In this document: piece by piece, positions 20,102-30,298 of the stretch | How the letters are laid out: each line of letters starts with the position of its first letter | Position numbering within the stretch: position 1 is the first letter of the stretch | Assembly (NCBI GenBank): GCA_044226015.1 | Contig: JBGAHS010000001.1 | Span: forward strand, 160,001 to 224,000 | Source of the DNA: Candidatus Obscuribacteraceae bacterium | Lineage (GTDB): Bacteria > Cyanobacteriota > Vampirovibrionia > Obscuribacterales > Obscuribacteraceae | Reading direction: 5' to 3' | DNA length: 64,000 nt | Translations under genes and position numbers: made by a program | The notes under the pieces: generated by a model | What the model saw: only the letters and a program-made list of their open reading frames with translations | Database searches by the model: none | Told to the model about the DNA's origin: nothing

Positions 20102-21682
20102 ATGTTCTTTAAATTCTTTGCAAAAGAATATTCACCTTTGCGCTTACAGTCTGCGACTGCTGCGGTTTGTCTGCTGATTTTGTCCATGAATGGCGGCAAT
20201 CTCTCAGCTTTAGCAGAACAAGCAGAGAAGCATCAGGCTGAAGAAGTTCACGAAAAGTCCGGTTCACCTGCTGAAAGCTCAGAAATTGACAAGGCGAAAA
20301 GCAGGAAGAAGTCGGGAAAAGATGGTAGCGCCAAAGAATCTGCTGGCGATGTGGCTGCTAGAGAGAAGAAACGAAGCAAAGACCACGACAAGGAGCAATC
20401 TGAGCAGCCATCTAAAGCGAATGACAAAGAACAGCCGCTGCCGCAGCGTGTTTATCATCAAGCCTGGGAGCTGATCAAGAAGTCTTTCTATCTTCCTGAG
20501 TATAACGACCAGAAGTGGGATCGTTGGGAACACAAGTACGACAACTTGCTGAAAACAGATGAAGATGAGCAAAAGGCAATCGACACCATGTTGGCGAGTT
20601 TGGGTGATAAATACACGAGATATCTGAACAAAGCTGCATTTGAGGATGAGACGACTAGCATCAAGGGGGCGATTGGTGGCATTGGCGTGCAGATCGCCTA
20701 CGACCAGAATGGAGAGCTAGTAGTTCTCGCTGCGCTGGAAGGAACTCCCGCAGGCAAGGCTGGTGTGCAAGCCAACGATAGAATCGAGCTGATTAACGGC
20801 GAGCCCACCAAGGGGCTGACGGTGCAGCAAGCCTCGTCCAAGTTGCGAGGTGAAATTGGCACAGATGTTGTTATAAAAGTTCTGCGCAACAAAGTGCCTT
20901 TGGAATTCAAATTGACGCGTGATGAAATTGTTTTGCGGTCTGTGCAGAATGTGGAAATGTTGAATTCTGATATCGGCTATATTCGCCTTAGTACCTTTCT
21001 TTCATCGCGTGCTGGACGTGAAGTGCAAGAAGCTCTTGTGCAGCTGACTCCGGCGCGGGGAATAATTCTTGACCTTCGAGAAAATCCAGGTGGTTTGGTA
21101 TCAAATGCTATCGACATCTGTAGCTTGTTCATTAGGGCAGGCGTTGTTGTTTCTACGGTCGATAGAAACGGGCACTCCGGCGATGCACGTGTTAATGGGC
21201 GGTTCATCAGCAATCAGCCGCTTGTTGTTTTGTTGGATCAAAACACCGCGAGCGCAGCAGAAATTACCAGTGGTGCACTGAAAGATACTGGACGTGCTTT
21301 GCTTGTGGGTGCGAAACGAAGTTTTGGTAAAGGGCTCGTGCAGTCTGTAACCCGTATGGAGGACGGTTCTGGGGTTAATTGCACAATCGCAAAATATGTT
21401 ACGCCGAATGGCGTCGACATCAACAAAAAAGGAATTGAGCCTGATTATATTGTTGAGTTGGACAACAACGATTACAAAGAGGGACGTGGTCCATGGTGGC
21501 GCTACCCCGGAAAGGACAATACTAAGCCGACTCCGCGTGATACCAAGGATATTCAGCTAAAGAAAGCACTTGAGGTTATTGAGCAGAAAGTCAAATCTGA
21601 GGCGCCGCAGTACGAGTTGAAACTTCAACCGGAAGAGAAAAATTATGAGCTCAAGCTTCAGGTGCCATTCGGCGGTCGCTAG
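20102..21682 (+). CDS. S41 family carboxyl-terminal processing protease with PDZ domain
   Basis: GIGVQI (PDZ), LDLRENPGG, TASAAEI, FGKGLVQ, KGIEPD. Confidence 0.92.
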   Translation: MFFKFFAKEYSPLRLQSATAAVCLLILSMNGGNLSALAEQAEKHQAEEVHEKSGSPAESSEIDKAKSRKKSGKDGSAKESAGDVAAREKKRSKDHDKEQSEQPSKANDKEQPLPQRVYHQAWELIKKSFYLPEYNDQKWDRWEHKYDNLLKTDEDEQKAIDTMLASLGDKYTRYLNKAAFEDETTSIKGAIGGIGVQIAYDQNGELVVLAALEGTPAGKAGVQANDRIELINGEPTKGLTVQQASSKLRGEIGTDVVIKVLRNKVPLEFKLTRDEIVLRSVQNVEMLNSDIGYIRLSTFLSSRAGREVQEALVQLTPARGIILDLRENPGGLVSNAIDICSLFIRAGVVVSTVDRNGHSGDARVNGRFISNQPLVVLLDQNTASAAEITSGALKDTGRALLVGAKRSFGKGLVQSVTRMEDGSGVNCTIAKYVTPNGVDINKKGIEPDYIVELDNNDYKEGRGPWWRYPGKDNTKPTPRDTKDIQLKKALEVIEQKVKSEAPQYELKLQPEEKNYELKLQVPFGGR

Positions 21683-21696
21683 TTCTGGAGTGAAGG

Positions 21697-23256
21697 CTAC
21701 CAGATATCGCCTTTCTCTTTCTTCTTGCCCTTGCCTTTGCCCTTATTCAGGTCAAGTCCGCTGATCATATCCTGGCTAATAGCAGCTTCAATTGATTTGC
21801 GTTTCTCTTCTGGAATTTGCGCTGCAATTCCATCTGCGCGCGTCAGAAGATCCTCATAAGCACCTTGCTGTGCACCCTGCAAAATCAAGCAGTTGCCCAG
21901 GTTGCGCAGTGCAGCAACCAGCGAGGGGTTTTTAGGACCGAGGGTCTTTTCTCTGATTGAAAGTTCTCTTCTAAGCAGATTTTCTGCTTTCTTATATTCA
22001 GCTTGTGAAACGAAAATTTCAGCCATTCCGTGGATGTTAGCGATCATATCCATGGGGTTTTGACCATCTAATTTCTCTTGAATCGCAAGCGACTTGTTGA
22101 AAGCATCAAGCGCATCCTGATTCTTTCCTTGTCGAGAAAGTCGATAACCAAGATTTGAATAGGTTATCGCTACTTGCATATTCGAATTGCCAAAGAGCTT
22201 TTGGTAGATTGCCAGAGCTTTTCTCGATAGTGTCTCCGCTTCTGCATACTTTCCCTCTGCGAAGTATGTCGTGCCGAGTTGTTCGGCGCAGATTGCTGTT
22301 GCCAATTTGTCTGGAGCTTTCTTTTCGAAGATGCCTATGGCGCTCTCTAAAAGTGGTGTCGCCTTTGCAGCTTTGTGTTCGCGCATGTAAAAAGATGCCA
22401 GGTCAGTCATGCATTGAGCTGCTTCGGGGCTATCAGTTCCGAGTTTGCTCTGGAACATTTTGATCGCGAGCTGTTCCTCAGCTTCTACTTCTTTTGGTTT
22501 GTTCATTCGTTGATAAAGCAGAGCGATATTTGCATGAACGGTGGCTTCGTCAGCTGATTCTGGTTTGTTCTTTTTCACGAGCGCGAGAGTCTTGCGGTAA
22601 AGTTCAAGTGCATCTTCGTACTGCTCTTTTGTTTTGTATAGCGACGCAAGCTTGCTCATTACCGCGGCTAGTTCAGCTTCGTTCTTTGCTATTTCTGCTC
22701 GGGCGATAACCTGTTTGTACATTGCTTCTGCTTCAGGATGTCTTTTCTGTGCGCGATACAAATCTGCAAGCACAAGGCAGACTTGAGTTCTGTTAGCATC
22801 AGAGTTTCCTTGTGACGCTTCCATCTTCAGTGTGTCTTTCAAAAGTTTTTCGCCTGCAGCAAATTTTCCTTCCTGCAGCGCTTTAAGCCCATCGTTGTAA
22901 TTTTTTGCGAACGATGGCGCTGCGGCAGAGCTAGCTGGCTTTGGATCTGTGGCGGTGGCTGATTTCGGATCTGCTGACTTTGAATCCGCGGGTGCGCTGG
23001 ATTTTGGATCTGCGGGTGCGCTGGATTTTGAATCCGCAGGTGCAGCAGAGTTTGCATCGGCCAAATAGTTTCGTCCCATAGCCCTCTGCTGACTATGCGT
23101 ATCATTTTTCGAGCTCTGCTGACTCAGAGCGGATTTAGGCTCTGTTGCTTTTGCCTCGCTCTTGCCAAAGTCTTCGCCGAGAGCTGGGCTATTTGTAAGA
23201 CTCAAAAATGCCGTAGCTATTGAGGCTAGCACTTGGATACGCCAGAAGTTCAACAT
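21697..23256 (-). CDS. Exported TPR protein
   Basis: Signal peptide, D[SP]KSSAPA repeat linker, multiple TPRs. Confidence 0.85.
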   Translation of the reverse strand: MLNFWRIQVLASIATAFLSLTNSPALGEDFGKSEAKATEPKSALSQQSSKNDTHSQQRAMGRNYLADANSAAPADSKSSAPADPKSSAPADSKSADPKSATATDPKPASSAAAPSFAKNYNDGLKALQEGKFAAGEKLLKDTLKMEASQGNSDANRTQVCLVLADLYRAQKRHPEAEAMYKQVIARAEIAKNEAELAAVMSKLASLYKTKEQYEDALELYRKTLALVKKNKPESADEATVHANIALLYQRMNKPKEVEAEEQLAIKMFQSKLGTDSPEAAQCMTDLASFYMREHKAAKATPLLESAIGIFEKKAPDKLATAICAEQLGTTYFAEGKYAEAETLSRKALAIYQKLFGNSNMQVAITYSNLGYRLSRQGKNQDALDAFNKSLAIQEKLDGQNPMDMIANIHGMAEIFVSQAEYKKAENLLRRELSIREKTLGPKNPSLVAALRNLGNCLILQGAQQGAYEDLLTRADGIAAQIPEEKRKSIEAAISQDMISGLDLNKGKGKGKKKEKGDIW

Positions 23257-23480
23257 TATCTAATCTCGCTCGCAATCTTATGTATGTTGGAGAGTTTGGG
23301 GCTAGTATGTGAGCAATTTTCGGCCAAGTTCTAATCATTTGTATTAGCAACTGGCCATCTGACGGGGAATCACTAAGTAGTAAGCATCAGTTCTGTATGG
23401 ACCCATTGAGTTCTTCGCATCTGATAGATCCGCTTCATCATAGGTAACCAGACGTAATCCCAGCCTCAGGAACTAGAGAA

Positions 23481-24902
23481 ATGAAAACACTTATCAAGAA
23501 TGGACGCATTGTAACCGCTGTAGATGACTATCGTGCAGACATTCTCGTTGAGGATGAAACTATTACGATGATCGGCGCGAAACTTGATGTTCAGGCTGAC
23601 AAGGTAATTGATGCAAATGATAAGCTCGTTATTCCTGGAGGCATCGACCCACATACTCACATGGACATGCCTTTTGGCGGCACTACATCGGCTGATGATT
23701 TCTTGACTGGAACAAGAGCTGCTGCGCACGGTGGCACAACAACGATTATCGACTTCGCAATTCAAAGCAAAGGCGAGTCGATGTTGAAAGCGCTTGAAGT
23801 ATGGCACGAGAAAGCCGCAGGGAAGGCGGCGATCGATTATGCGTTCCACATGATTGTCACCGACCTTTCTCCAAAAGATCATGTGCCTGAGATGCGTCAA
23901 CTAATGAAGCACGAAGGTGTGCTCAGCTTCAAGCTGTTCATGGCTTATCCTGGAGTTCTTCTTGCCGATGACGCCACCATATTCCGCGCAATGACGGTGG
24001 CTGGTGAAGAAGGCGGGCTAATTTGCATGCATGCAGAAAATGGCATTGTTATCAATGAGATTGTTGCCAAAGCGCTAGCTGAAGGTAAGACGGCTCCCAA
24101 ATACCATGCTTTGACTCGACCAACAAAGGCTGAAGCTGAAGGTGTCTATCGCTCAATTTGCCTTGCAGAAATGGCTGGCACGCCGGTGTACATTGTTCAC
24201 CTTAGTTGCTATGACGCATTGCGCAAGGTGAAGGAAGCAAGAGATGAAGGCATTCCAGTGTTTGCGGAAACCTGTCCTCAATACCTTTTCCTCGATCATA
24301 GTCATTATGAGCAAGAAGGCTTCGAGGGCGCGAAATATGTTATGACGCCAGCACTTCGCGAAAAATGGAATCAAGACGAACTCTGGATTGGTCTGCGGAT
24401 GAACGATTTGCAGCTGGTGGCAACTGACCATTGTCCGTTCTGTTTCAAGGACCAAAAACAGCTCGGCAAGGACGATTTCAGCAAAATTCCTAACGGCGGA
24501 CCTGGTGTAGAAAATCGCATGAGCCTCATTTATAACGGTGGCGTGGCGCAAAATCGTATCTCTCTTAATCGATTTGTTGAGATAACTTCAACTGCGGCTG
24601 CAAAGATTTTTGGACTATTTCCGAAGAAAGGAACCATTGCTGTAGGCTCGGATGCAGACATCGTTATCTTTAATCCGAATAAAAAGATGACAATAAGTGC
24701 CAAGACACATCACATGAACGTAGACTACAATTGCTACGAGGGAATGGAAGTAACTGGCGTTACCGAAACAGTTCTCAGCCGAGGCAGAGTTGTCATCGAG
24801 GATGGCAAGTATCTAGGAAAACCAGGAGATGGTAAATTCCTGAAGCGCAGCAACATTCAGCAAGCTCTGAGACCGTTGCAATCAACAGGGCGCAGACAGT
24901 AG
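23481..24902 (+). CDS. hydA: Dihydropyrimidinase (D-hydantoinase)
   Basis: PGGIDPHTH, SFKLFMAY, HAENG, ETCPQYL, TDHCPF, KIPNG motifs. Confidence 0.95.
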   Translation: MKTLIKNGRIVTAVDDYRADILVEDETITMIGAKLDVQADKVIDANDKLVIPGGIDPHTHMDMPFGGTTSADDFLTGTRAAAHGGTTTIIDFAIQSKGESMLKALEVWHEKAAGKAAIDYAFHMIVTDLSPKDHVPEMRQLMKHEGVLSFKLFMAYPGVLLADDATIFRAMTVAGEEGGLICMHAENGIVINEIVAKALAEGKTAPKYHALTRPTKAEAEGVYRSICLAEMAGTPVYIVHLSCYDALRKVKEARDEGIPVFAETCPQYLFLDHSHYEQEGFEGAKYVMTPALREKWNQDELWIGLRMNDLQLVATDHCPFCFKDQKQLGKDDFSKIPNGGPGVENRMSLIYNGGVAQNRISLNRFVEITSTAAAKIFGLFPKKGTIAVGSDADIVIFNPNKKMTISAKTHHMNVDYNCYEGMEVTGVTETVLSRGRVVIEDGKYLGKPGDGKFLKRSNIQQALRPLQSTGRRQ

Positions 24903-24945
24903 GCAACAGGTGAAAGCGGGAATCAAGGGAATCCGAGGGGAAATC

Positions 24946-25869
24946 ATGTCATCAAAGATCACTGTAAACACAGCTTTCAAGAGCCTGATCACTGAAGAGC
25001 GCAACAAGAGAACAATGAATCTCGACACGCTCAGCACGGAAGATCTTGTTCGTACAGTTCAAAGTGAAGACATCGAGGTCGCCAAAGCTGTTAGCGAGTG
25101 TGTTCCTTCAATCGCGTTGGCTGTTGAGCTTATTGCAGAGCAACTTTCGCAAGGTGGAAGGCTAATTTATTTTGGAGCAGGAACAAGCGGTCGCCTCGGT
25201 GTTCTCGATGCGACCGAATGCACTCCAACATTCGGTGTTGAGGCGCACATGGTGCAAGCTTGGATTGCTGGCGGCAAAGAAGCAATGTTCACCTCGTTTG
25301 AAAACGCTGAAGATTCCTACGAAATGGGTGAGGAAGATGCGCAACGTGCAAACGTTAGCGATAAGGATGTAATCATAGGCATTTCCGCAAGTGGCAGAAC
25401 CCCTTATGTTTTGGGAGCAATGAAGACATCGAAAGAGCGCGGCGCCAAAGTAGTAGCGGTAATAAACAATCCTCTCTCTGCGATGGCATCAATGGCTGAT
25501 GTGAGCATCGCTGCTGTCGTCGGTCCTGAAGCTATCACTGGTTCCACCAGAATGAAAGCTGGCACTGCTCAGAAAATGATCTTGAATCTTTTGTCGACGA
25601 CCGCAATGGTCAAGCTGGGTAAGGTTTACGAAAACCTGATGGTTGACTTGAAGCCAACAAACGATAAGTTGAGAGAGCGTGCTCTTTCCATCATCTGCAC
25701 GGTTTGCGATGTTCAAAGACCGATTGCTGAAGGTGCTCTCGTTGCTTCTAACAACAAAGTGAAGACTGCAATTTTGATGATCAAGCGTAAGTTGGGTCGC
25801 GCTCAAGCTGAAGAGTTGCTCGTGAAGTGCAAGCATTCGCTGCGTCTGGCTTTAGACCAGCAAAAGTAA
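24946..25869 (+). CDS. murQ: N-acetylmuramic acid 6-phosphate etherase
   Basis: GAGTSGRLGVLDA.EC.PTFG, SASGRTPYV, GSTRMKAGTAQK. Confidence 0.95.
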   Translation: MSSKITVNTAFKSLITEERNKRTMNLDTLSTEDLVRTVQSEDIEVAKAVSECVPSIALAVELIAEQLSQGGRLIYFGAGTSGRLGVLDATECTPTFGVEAHMVQAWIAGGKEAMFTSFENAEDSYEMGEEDAQRANVSDKDVIIGISASGRTPYVLGAMKTSKERGAKVVAVINNPLSAMASMADVSIAAVVGPEAITGSTRMKAGTAQKMILNLLSTTAMVKLGKVYENLMVDLKPTNDKLRERALSIICTVCDVQRPIAEGALVASNNKVKTAILMIKRKLGRAQAEELLVKCKHSLRLALDQQK

Positions 25870-25914
25870 GTTCGACAATTGTGCTATATTGACCAGGTCA
25901 AAGTAGAGGTGCTT

Positions 25915-26742
25915 ATGAAATCTGCAGCCTGGTTGTCTGTGCCATTGTGTTTATTGATCTTGCAGGCGTGTTCGCCACAGCAAGGAAAATTGGCGCCGAC
26001 GGACAATAGTGCACAGACTACTAGCTCGACTGATACAGCTTCGAGTCAGCAAGCCGCTGGTGATGCTAACCCACAGGCTGCGCAAGGTGGTGCACCCGAT
26101 GCGTCTGGAGCTCCAAAGGGCAACCCTGCCGGAGCACCGCCATCCCCACCAGGCAGCGAGCCGACTAAAGAGCAGCTTTCAGCAATGCCAAAATCACAGC
26201 GCTTGTTTGAGGCATCTAAAGCTGCATTGAAGCGCAATGATGTAAAAGGATGCTTTGAGATTTTAGACAATGCGGTTCTTGCTGCTAAGGACGAGCACAA
26301 CATTGCTGCTGTAATTTTGTGCCGTGAGACTCAGGCTAAAATTCGTGCGGCTGAGCACAAAAACAAAGAAGCCATCGATATTCTGGAAAAGACCTTGAAG
26401 GAGTACGACAAGCCTGGGCTGGATGAGAATACATCCATGCGCATGGACACTCCAAAGGGTTTGCTGGCGAATTTGAAGGCTGTGGTTGATGGACCTGCTT
26501 CCGCAGAACCAATGTATGTGAAAGGGCTTGAAATAGCCAAAAAGCAGAAGCCTGTGAATCATGCTCGTGTTGCTTTCTGGTTGAATAATTGCGCTGAGTT
26601 CTATCACTTCAAGAAAGATGATAAGAAGGCGAATGAATATTCCAAGCAGTTCAAAGCTGAGATGGACATCTTGCAAGCGCAGCAGCCTGGACAGGGCATG
26701 CCACCTCAAACTGCACAAAAGCCAAGCAAAGGCAGCCATTAG
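25915..26742 (+). CDS. Hypothetical lipoprotein with helical repeats
   Basis: Lipobox LQAC after a hydrophobic stretch; GAGG RBS. Confidence 0.75.
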   Translation: MKSAAWLSVPLCLLILQACSPQQGKLAPTDNSAQTTSSTDTASSQQAAGDANPQAAQGGAPDASGAPKGNPAGAPPSPPGSEPTKEQLSAMPKSQRLFEASKAALKRNDVKGCFEILDNAVLAAKDEHNIAAVILCRETQAKIRAAEHKNKEAIDILEKTLKEYDKPGLDENTSMRMDTPKGLLANLKAVVDGPASAEPMYVKGLEIAKKQKPVNHARVAFWLNNCAEFYHFKKDDKKANEYSKQFKAEMDILQAQQPGQGMPPQTAQKPSKGSH

Positions 26743-26764
26743 TTTTCGTTTGCCGTGGTGATAG

Positions 26765-27379
26765 ATGTCTGCTGAGGAACTGATTCAAGCACACATCAAT
26801 GCTTTAAAGAAATGCACGCTCTGTCCTAAGATGATTGGACCGGTGATTTCACATCGTCCAGTAATCAGCAAAATTTACTTGTGTGGGCAAGCACCAGGCG
26901 GAAGGGAAGGAGCGTTGGGCAGACCGTTTGCTTGGACTGCGGGCAAGACGCTTTTTCGATGGCTTGCTAGTGCTGGAGCCGATGAAGAGACATTTCGTTC
27001 TCGTGCTTATATCGGCGCAGTTTGCCGCTGTTTTCCAGGAAGAAACAAAGCTGGTGGTGACAGGGTGCCTGCAGCTGACGAGATTGCGAATTGCTCGCGA
27101 TGGATGAAAGCAGAGTTTGAGATTCTAAAGCCTGAGCTCGTGATACCGGTTGGAAAACTAGCCATTGAGCTGTTTTTGCCGAAGCAGAAACTGACTGATG
27201 CGGTGGGTAATACTTTTCGTAGAGAGCTATATGGCACCACATTCGATATCATTCCCCTTCCGCATCCATCTGGTGCTTCATCGTGGTTTAAGATTGAGCC
27301 CGGGAAGTCTCTAACTGCCAAAGCTTTAGCGCTGATTGCTGAGCACCCAGTGTGGCTAGAAACTTTTGGGAAGGTGTAG
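26765..27379 (+). CDS. Uracil-DNA glycosylase superfamily protein (family 4-like)
   Basis: CxxC, GQAPG, PF..AG.TL, RCFPG, LPHPSG motifs. Confidence 0.9.
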   Translation: MSAEELIQAHINALKKCTLCPKMIGPVISHRPVISKIYLCGQAPGGREGALGRPFAWTAGKTLFRWLASAGADEETFRSRAYIGAVCRCFPGRNKAGGDRVPAADEIANCSRWMKAEFEILKPELVIPVGKLAIELFLPKQKLTDAVGNTFRRELYGTTFDIIPLPHPSGASSWFKIEPGKSLTAKALALIAEHPVWLETFGKV

Positions 27380-27650
27380 CTGCATCCAGGATCCTGCGGC
27401 AAGTTTTGGGAAGGTGTAGCTGCGTCCAGGATCCTGCGGCAAATTCGGGAAGGTGCAGCTGCATTCAGGATCCTGCGGCAAATTCGGGAAGGTGCAGCTG
27501 CATTCAGGATCCGGCGGCAAGTTTTGGGAAGATGCAGCTGCATTCAGGATCCGGCGGCAGGTTTTGGGAAGGTCTAGCTGCGTCCAGGAGCCTGCGGCAA
27601 GTTTTGGGAAGAAGTGGGAGCATCCAAAGCTTCCGGAAACTTTTGGGAGA
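27364..27650 (+). repeat. Tandem array of about 6.5 copies of a 39-40-bp unit (TTTTGGGAAGGTGYAGCTGCRTYCAGGATCCKGCGGCAAR)
   Basis: Head-to-tail copies without spacers; first copy overlaps the UDG stop codon. Confidence 0.9.
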
Positions 27651-27717
27651 ATAAAGCCGCACTCAAGGTCTGTAAGGCGTTGAAACGTAGATGCTGTTAA
27701 CTTCAGTCTGCGGAACC

Positions 27718-27743
27718 TCATGACAAGAGCTTTCTTGTCATGA
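27718..27743. other. 11-bp inverted repeat (possible terminator or operator)
   Basis: TCATGACAAGA-gctt-TCTTGTCATGA. Confidence 0.5.
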
Positions 27744-28036
27744 AAGTCTCGCTTCAGTTTTTTTTCCGTGCAAAATCTCTGTAAAAAACCAAATGGGTTT
27801 CTCTTGAAAATAATGCTCGCAATAGCCTTGAAACCTTTTGTATGGGGACGGTTTGGGCATTATTTGGCAATTTGTAAGCTTAAACGTTCATCTATGGAGT
27901 AGATTGCCAAGGACCTAAAATACAGGGCGATATAGCAAGGACGGTTGGCTTTTACGCTAGCCTGTATCGGTTGATGTCACTGTCCTCTCCATAAGTTGGA
28001 AGGCAGCTTTACTAAAAGAATTTTGGGAGACGATAT

Positions 28037-28591
28037 ATGCGAATTCGCTCAATCGGTGTTGTCAGCATGATTGCTGCCTTGGCGCTCATAGGTGGCGCAG
28101 ACGCTGCACAAGCCAAATCAGGAAGACATGCGCACTGCAAGGCAGGAAAGCATGTTTGTCATAGCAGCCATTGTTGCAAGGCTGACAACAGTGCTGCATC
28201 AATTTTGTCCAAGAAAGGCAATTTCAAGACCGAGCTAGCAATGGCTAAGCAAGCTGGTCTCTGCAATTCTATTTGTGGAAAGAAGGGTTCTTACACCTGG
28301 TTTGCTCCTACAGATGAAGCTTATGCCAAGCTTGGAAAAGCGAAGCTGGAAGATTTGAAGAAAGACCCGAAGAAATTGGTCCACTACCACATGGTCAATC
28401 GCAAAGTAATGGCAGGCGACCTCAAAGCTCCTGGTTCACTCGTGACCCTGGAAGGCGAATCGCTTATGAGCAACGTCAACAATGGCAAAGGCGAAGTTGA
28501 TGGTTGCCTTATCATTGAACAAGACATCCCATGTGCTAACGGTGTGATCCACATTCTCGATGAAGTGCCGGTTCCAGAGCGCGGAAAATAA
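28037..28591 (+). CDS. Fasciclin (FAS1) domain protein
   Basis: Signal peptide; TWFAPTDEAY and NGVIHILDEV motifs. Confidence 0.9.
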   Translation: MRIRSIGVVSMIAALALIGGADAAQAKSGRHAHCKAGKHVCHSSHCCKADNSAASILSKKGNFKTELAMAKQAGLCNSICGKKGSYTWFAPTDEAYAKLGKAKLEDLKKDPKKLVHYHMVNRKVMAGDLKAPGSLVTLEGESLMSNVNNGKGEVDGCLIIEQDIPCANGVIHILDEVPVPERGK

Positions 28592-28634
28592 TTTTCCGAC
28601 GAATTCAACAAATCTAATAGGTAGGGGCAGTGCG

Positions 28635-30005
28635 ATGCGTTGCCCCTACCTCGCGTTGGTGAGCGCGTTTGCAATTTCGGTGTTGTTGACCAGCGCTGGC
28701 TCTGCACAAATGAGTGAGTATGACGCCAGGGTGCGAGCGACTCAGCTGTATAACGAGTCGATTGGATTAATCAATGATGGAAATGTCCAACGTGCCGAAC
28801 CCAAGCTGGCTGAAGCCTATCGTTTGTGTCCAAACGATGCAAATATATTGAATAACTACGGTCTTGTTTTGATGAAGCTGGGCAAACTTCCAGAGGCAAG
28901 AGGTGCTCTAGAGCGTGCGTTTTCCATTAACCCACGATTTGATGCGATCAGTCTGAACCTGGGGCTTGTTTGTGAAAATCAGGGTGACCTTGCTACGGCT
29001 AAGAAATACTTGGTGAACTATGTTGCAATAGCGACAGATCGCAACCAGGCTGAGAAAATGCGCGATCACATCAATATCATTGATCGTACTCTTGCTCGTG
29101 GTGGTGGCGCTGGCGGTGTCAATTCAGAGGACTACCTAGGGCAAATGCAACCGGAACAAATGCATCCCTGGCCTAAAGAGAGAATGCCATTGAAAGTTTT
29201 TGTTGCTTCAGGCGAAGGCATCGAAGGCTACAAAGAGAGTTATGGGCAAGATGTTGAGAATGCTCTTGCAAGTTTTGAACAAGAACTAAAAGGACTGGTC
29301 AGCTTTCAACGGGTCAAAGCTGAAGAGGGTGCTGATATCACATTTAAGTGGACGCATGACACGCAAAATGCCTTACTTAAAGCGGAAGGCGGCGATTGTA
29401 AGTACACCGCCAATGGTGCTGGCATGACTCATGCAAACATTCAGATTTTGACTATCGACCCATCTCGCTCTGACAGGCTGAATGATTTCAAAGTGAGTTG
29501 GGTTGCCTTGCATGAGATTGGACATGCCCTCGGAATTGCAGCACACAGCAATTCACCTGATGACATAATGTATTTCACGGCTCCGATGAAGAATGCATTT
29601 TCAAATCTCAGCTCGCGTGACATAAAAACTTTAACGAGGCTTTACTCCGAAAAGCTTCCCGACACCTGGTTGTCTTTGAACGAAGAGGCAATAAGGGCGA
29701 TCAAAACCAAAGACTACGAAACTGCTGCTGTCAAACTGGAAGCTGCAATCAAGCTAAATCCAACGCAAAAAGTTCTACAGAGCAATATGGTTCTGGTGCA
29801 AGCCCGGCTTTGCGAAAGTCTTCTAAATCAAAACAAAAACGAAGAAGCAGCAGCGCACTTCATTAAGGCTCTGGACATGGAGATGATTGAGCGAGACGAG
29901 AATTTCAAGTGGCTGCTTTCAAATTATGCAGAATGCCTTCATCGTCTCGGTAGAGACTCCGAAGTTGATGCTATGTACAAGAAATACGGTAGTAGCAGCA
30001 AATAA
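28635..30005 (+). CDS. Exported TPR + matrixin-like zinc metalloprotease
   Basis: Signal peptide from ATG 28635, TPRs, HEIGHALGIAAH, DDIMY Met-turn. Confidence 0.88.
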   Translation: MRCPYLALVSAFAISVLLTSAGSAQMSEYDARVRATQLYNESIGLINDGNVQRAEPKLAEAYRLCPNDANILNNYGLVLMKLGKLPEARGALERAFSINPRFDAISLNLGLVCENQGDLATAKKYLVNYVAIATDRNQAEKMRDHINIIDRTLARGGGAGGVNSEDYLGQMQPEQMHPWPKERMPLKVFVASGEGIEGYKESYGQDVENALASFEQELKGLVSFQRVKAEEGADITFKWTHDTQNALLKAEGGDCKYTANGAGMTHANIQILTIDPSRSDRLNDFKVSWVALHEIGHALGIAAHSNSPDDIMYFTAPMKNAFSNLSSRDIKTLTRLYSEKLPDTWLSLNEEAIRAIKTKDYETAAVKLEAAIKLNPTQKVLQSNMVLVQARLCESLLNQNKNEEAAAHFIKALDMEMIERDENFKWLLSNYAECLHRLGRDSEVDAMYKKYGSSSK

Positions 30006-30065
30006 CACTTTGGAAAGCGGCCATCTTCTGGCGGAATCTTGTTCAATCGAGTGTGGTGCTATTTC

Positions 30066-30269
30066 TTAATAGACTCTATGTCGGCAGAGTGCGCAGAATG
30101 CTTTCAACCCATTGGGTTGGTAGTAACGTATTTCCGCCCAATTGCGGTTGTAGACCATGTAGAGCTTATCGTCAGCTTTTCCGCGATATGCAATGTGAAC
30201 CATTTCCGAGCAACATGGCACAGTTACTTCTTCTGTTTCCTCTTTTGTTTCTTTGTCGTTATCTGCCAT
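30066..30269 (-). CDS. Small hypothetical protein, possible zinc ribbon
   Basis: 67 aa; PCC..H and CALC; co-oriented 29 bp after the kinase gene. Confidence 0.6.
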   Translation of the reverse strand: MADNDKETKEETEEVTVPCCSEMVHIAYRGKADDKLYMVYNRNWAEIRYYQPNGLKAFCALCRHRVY

Positions 30270-30298
30270 AGTCTTCTCTTGTGCTTTCTATCTTGATC

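Noticed and set aside
23280..23480. Riboswitch upstream of hydA
   Set aside because: No recognisable aptamer consensus or terminator
27364..27650. CRISPR array (repeat length about 40 bp)
   Set aside because: Units are head-to-tail with no unique spacers, and no cas genes are in the window
27352..27721. ORFs 27352-27654, 27356-27721 and 27453-27683
   Set aside because: They are by-products of the tandem repeat; unit lengths of 39-40 bp shift frame
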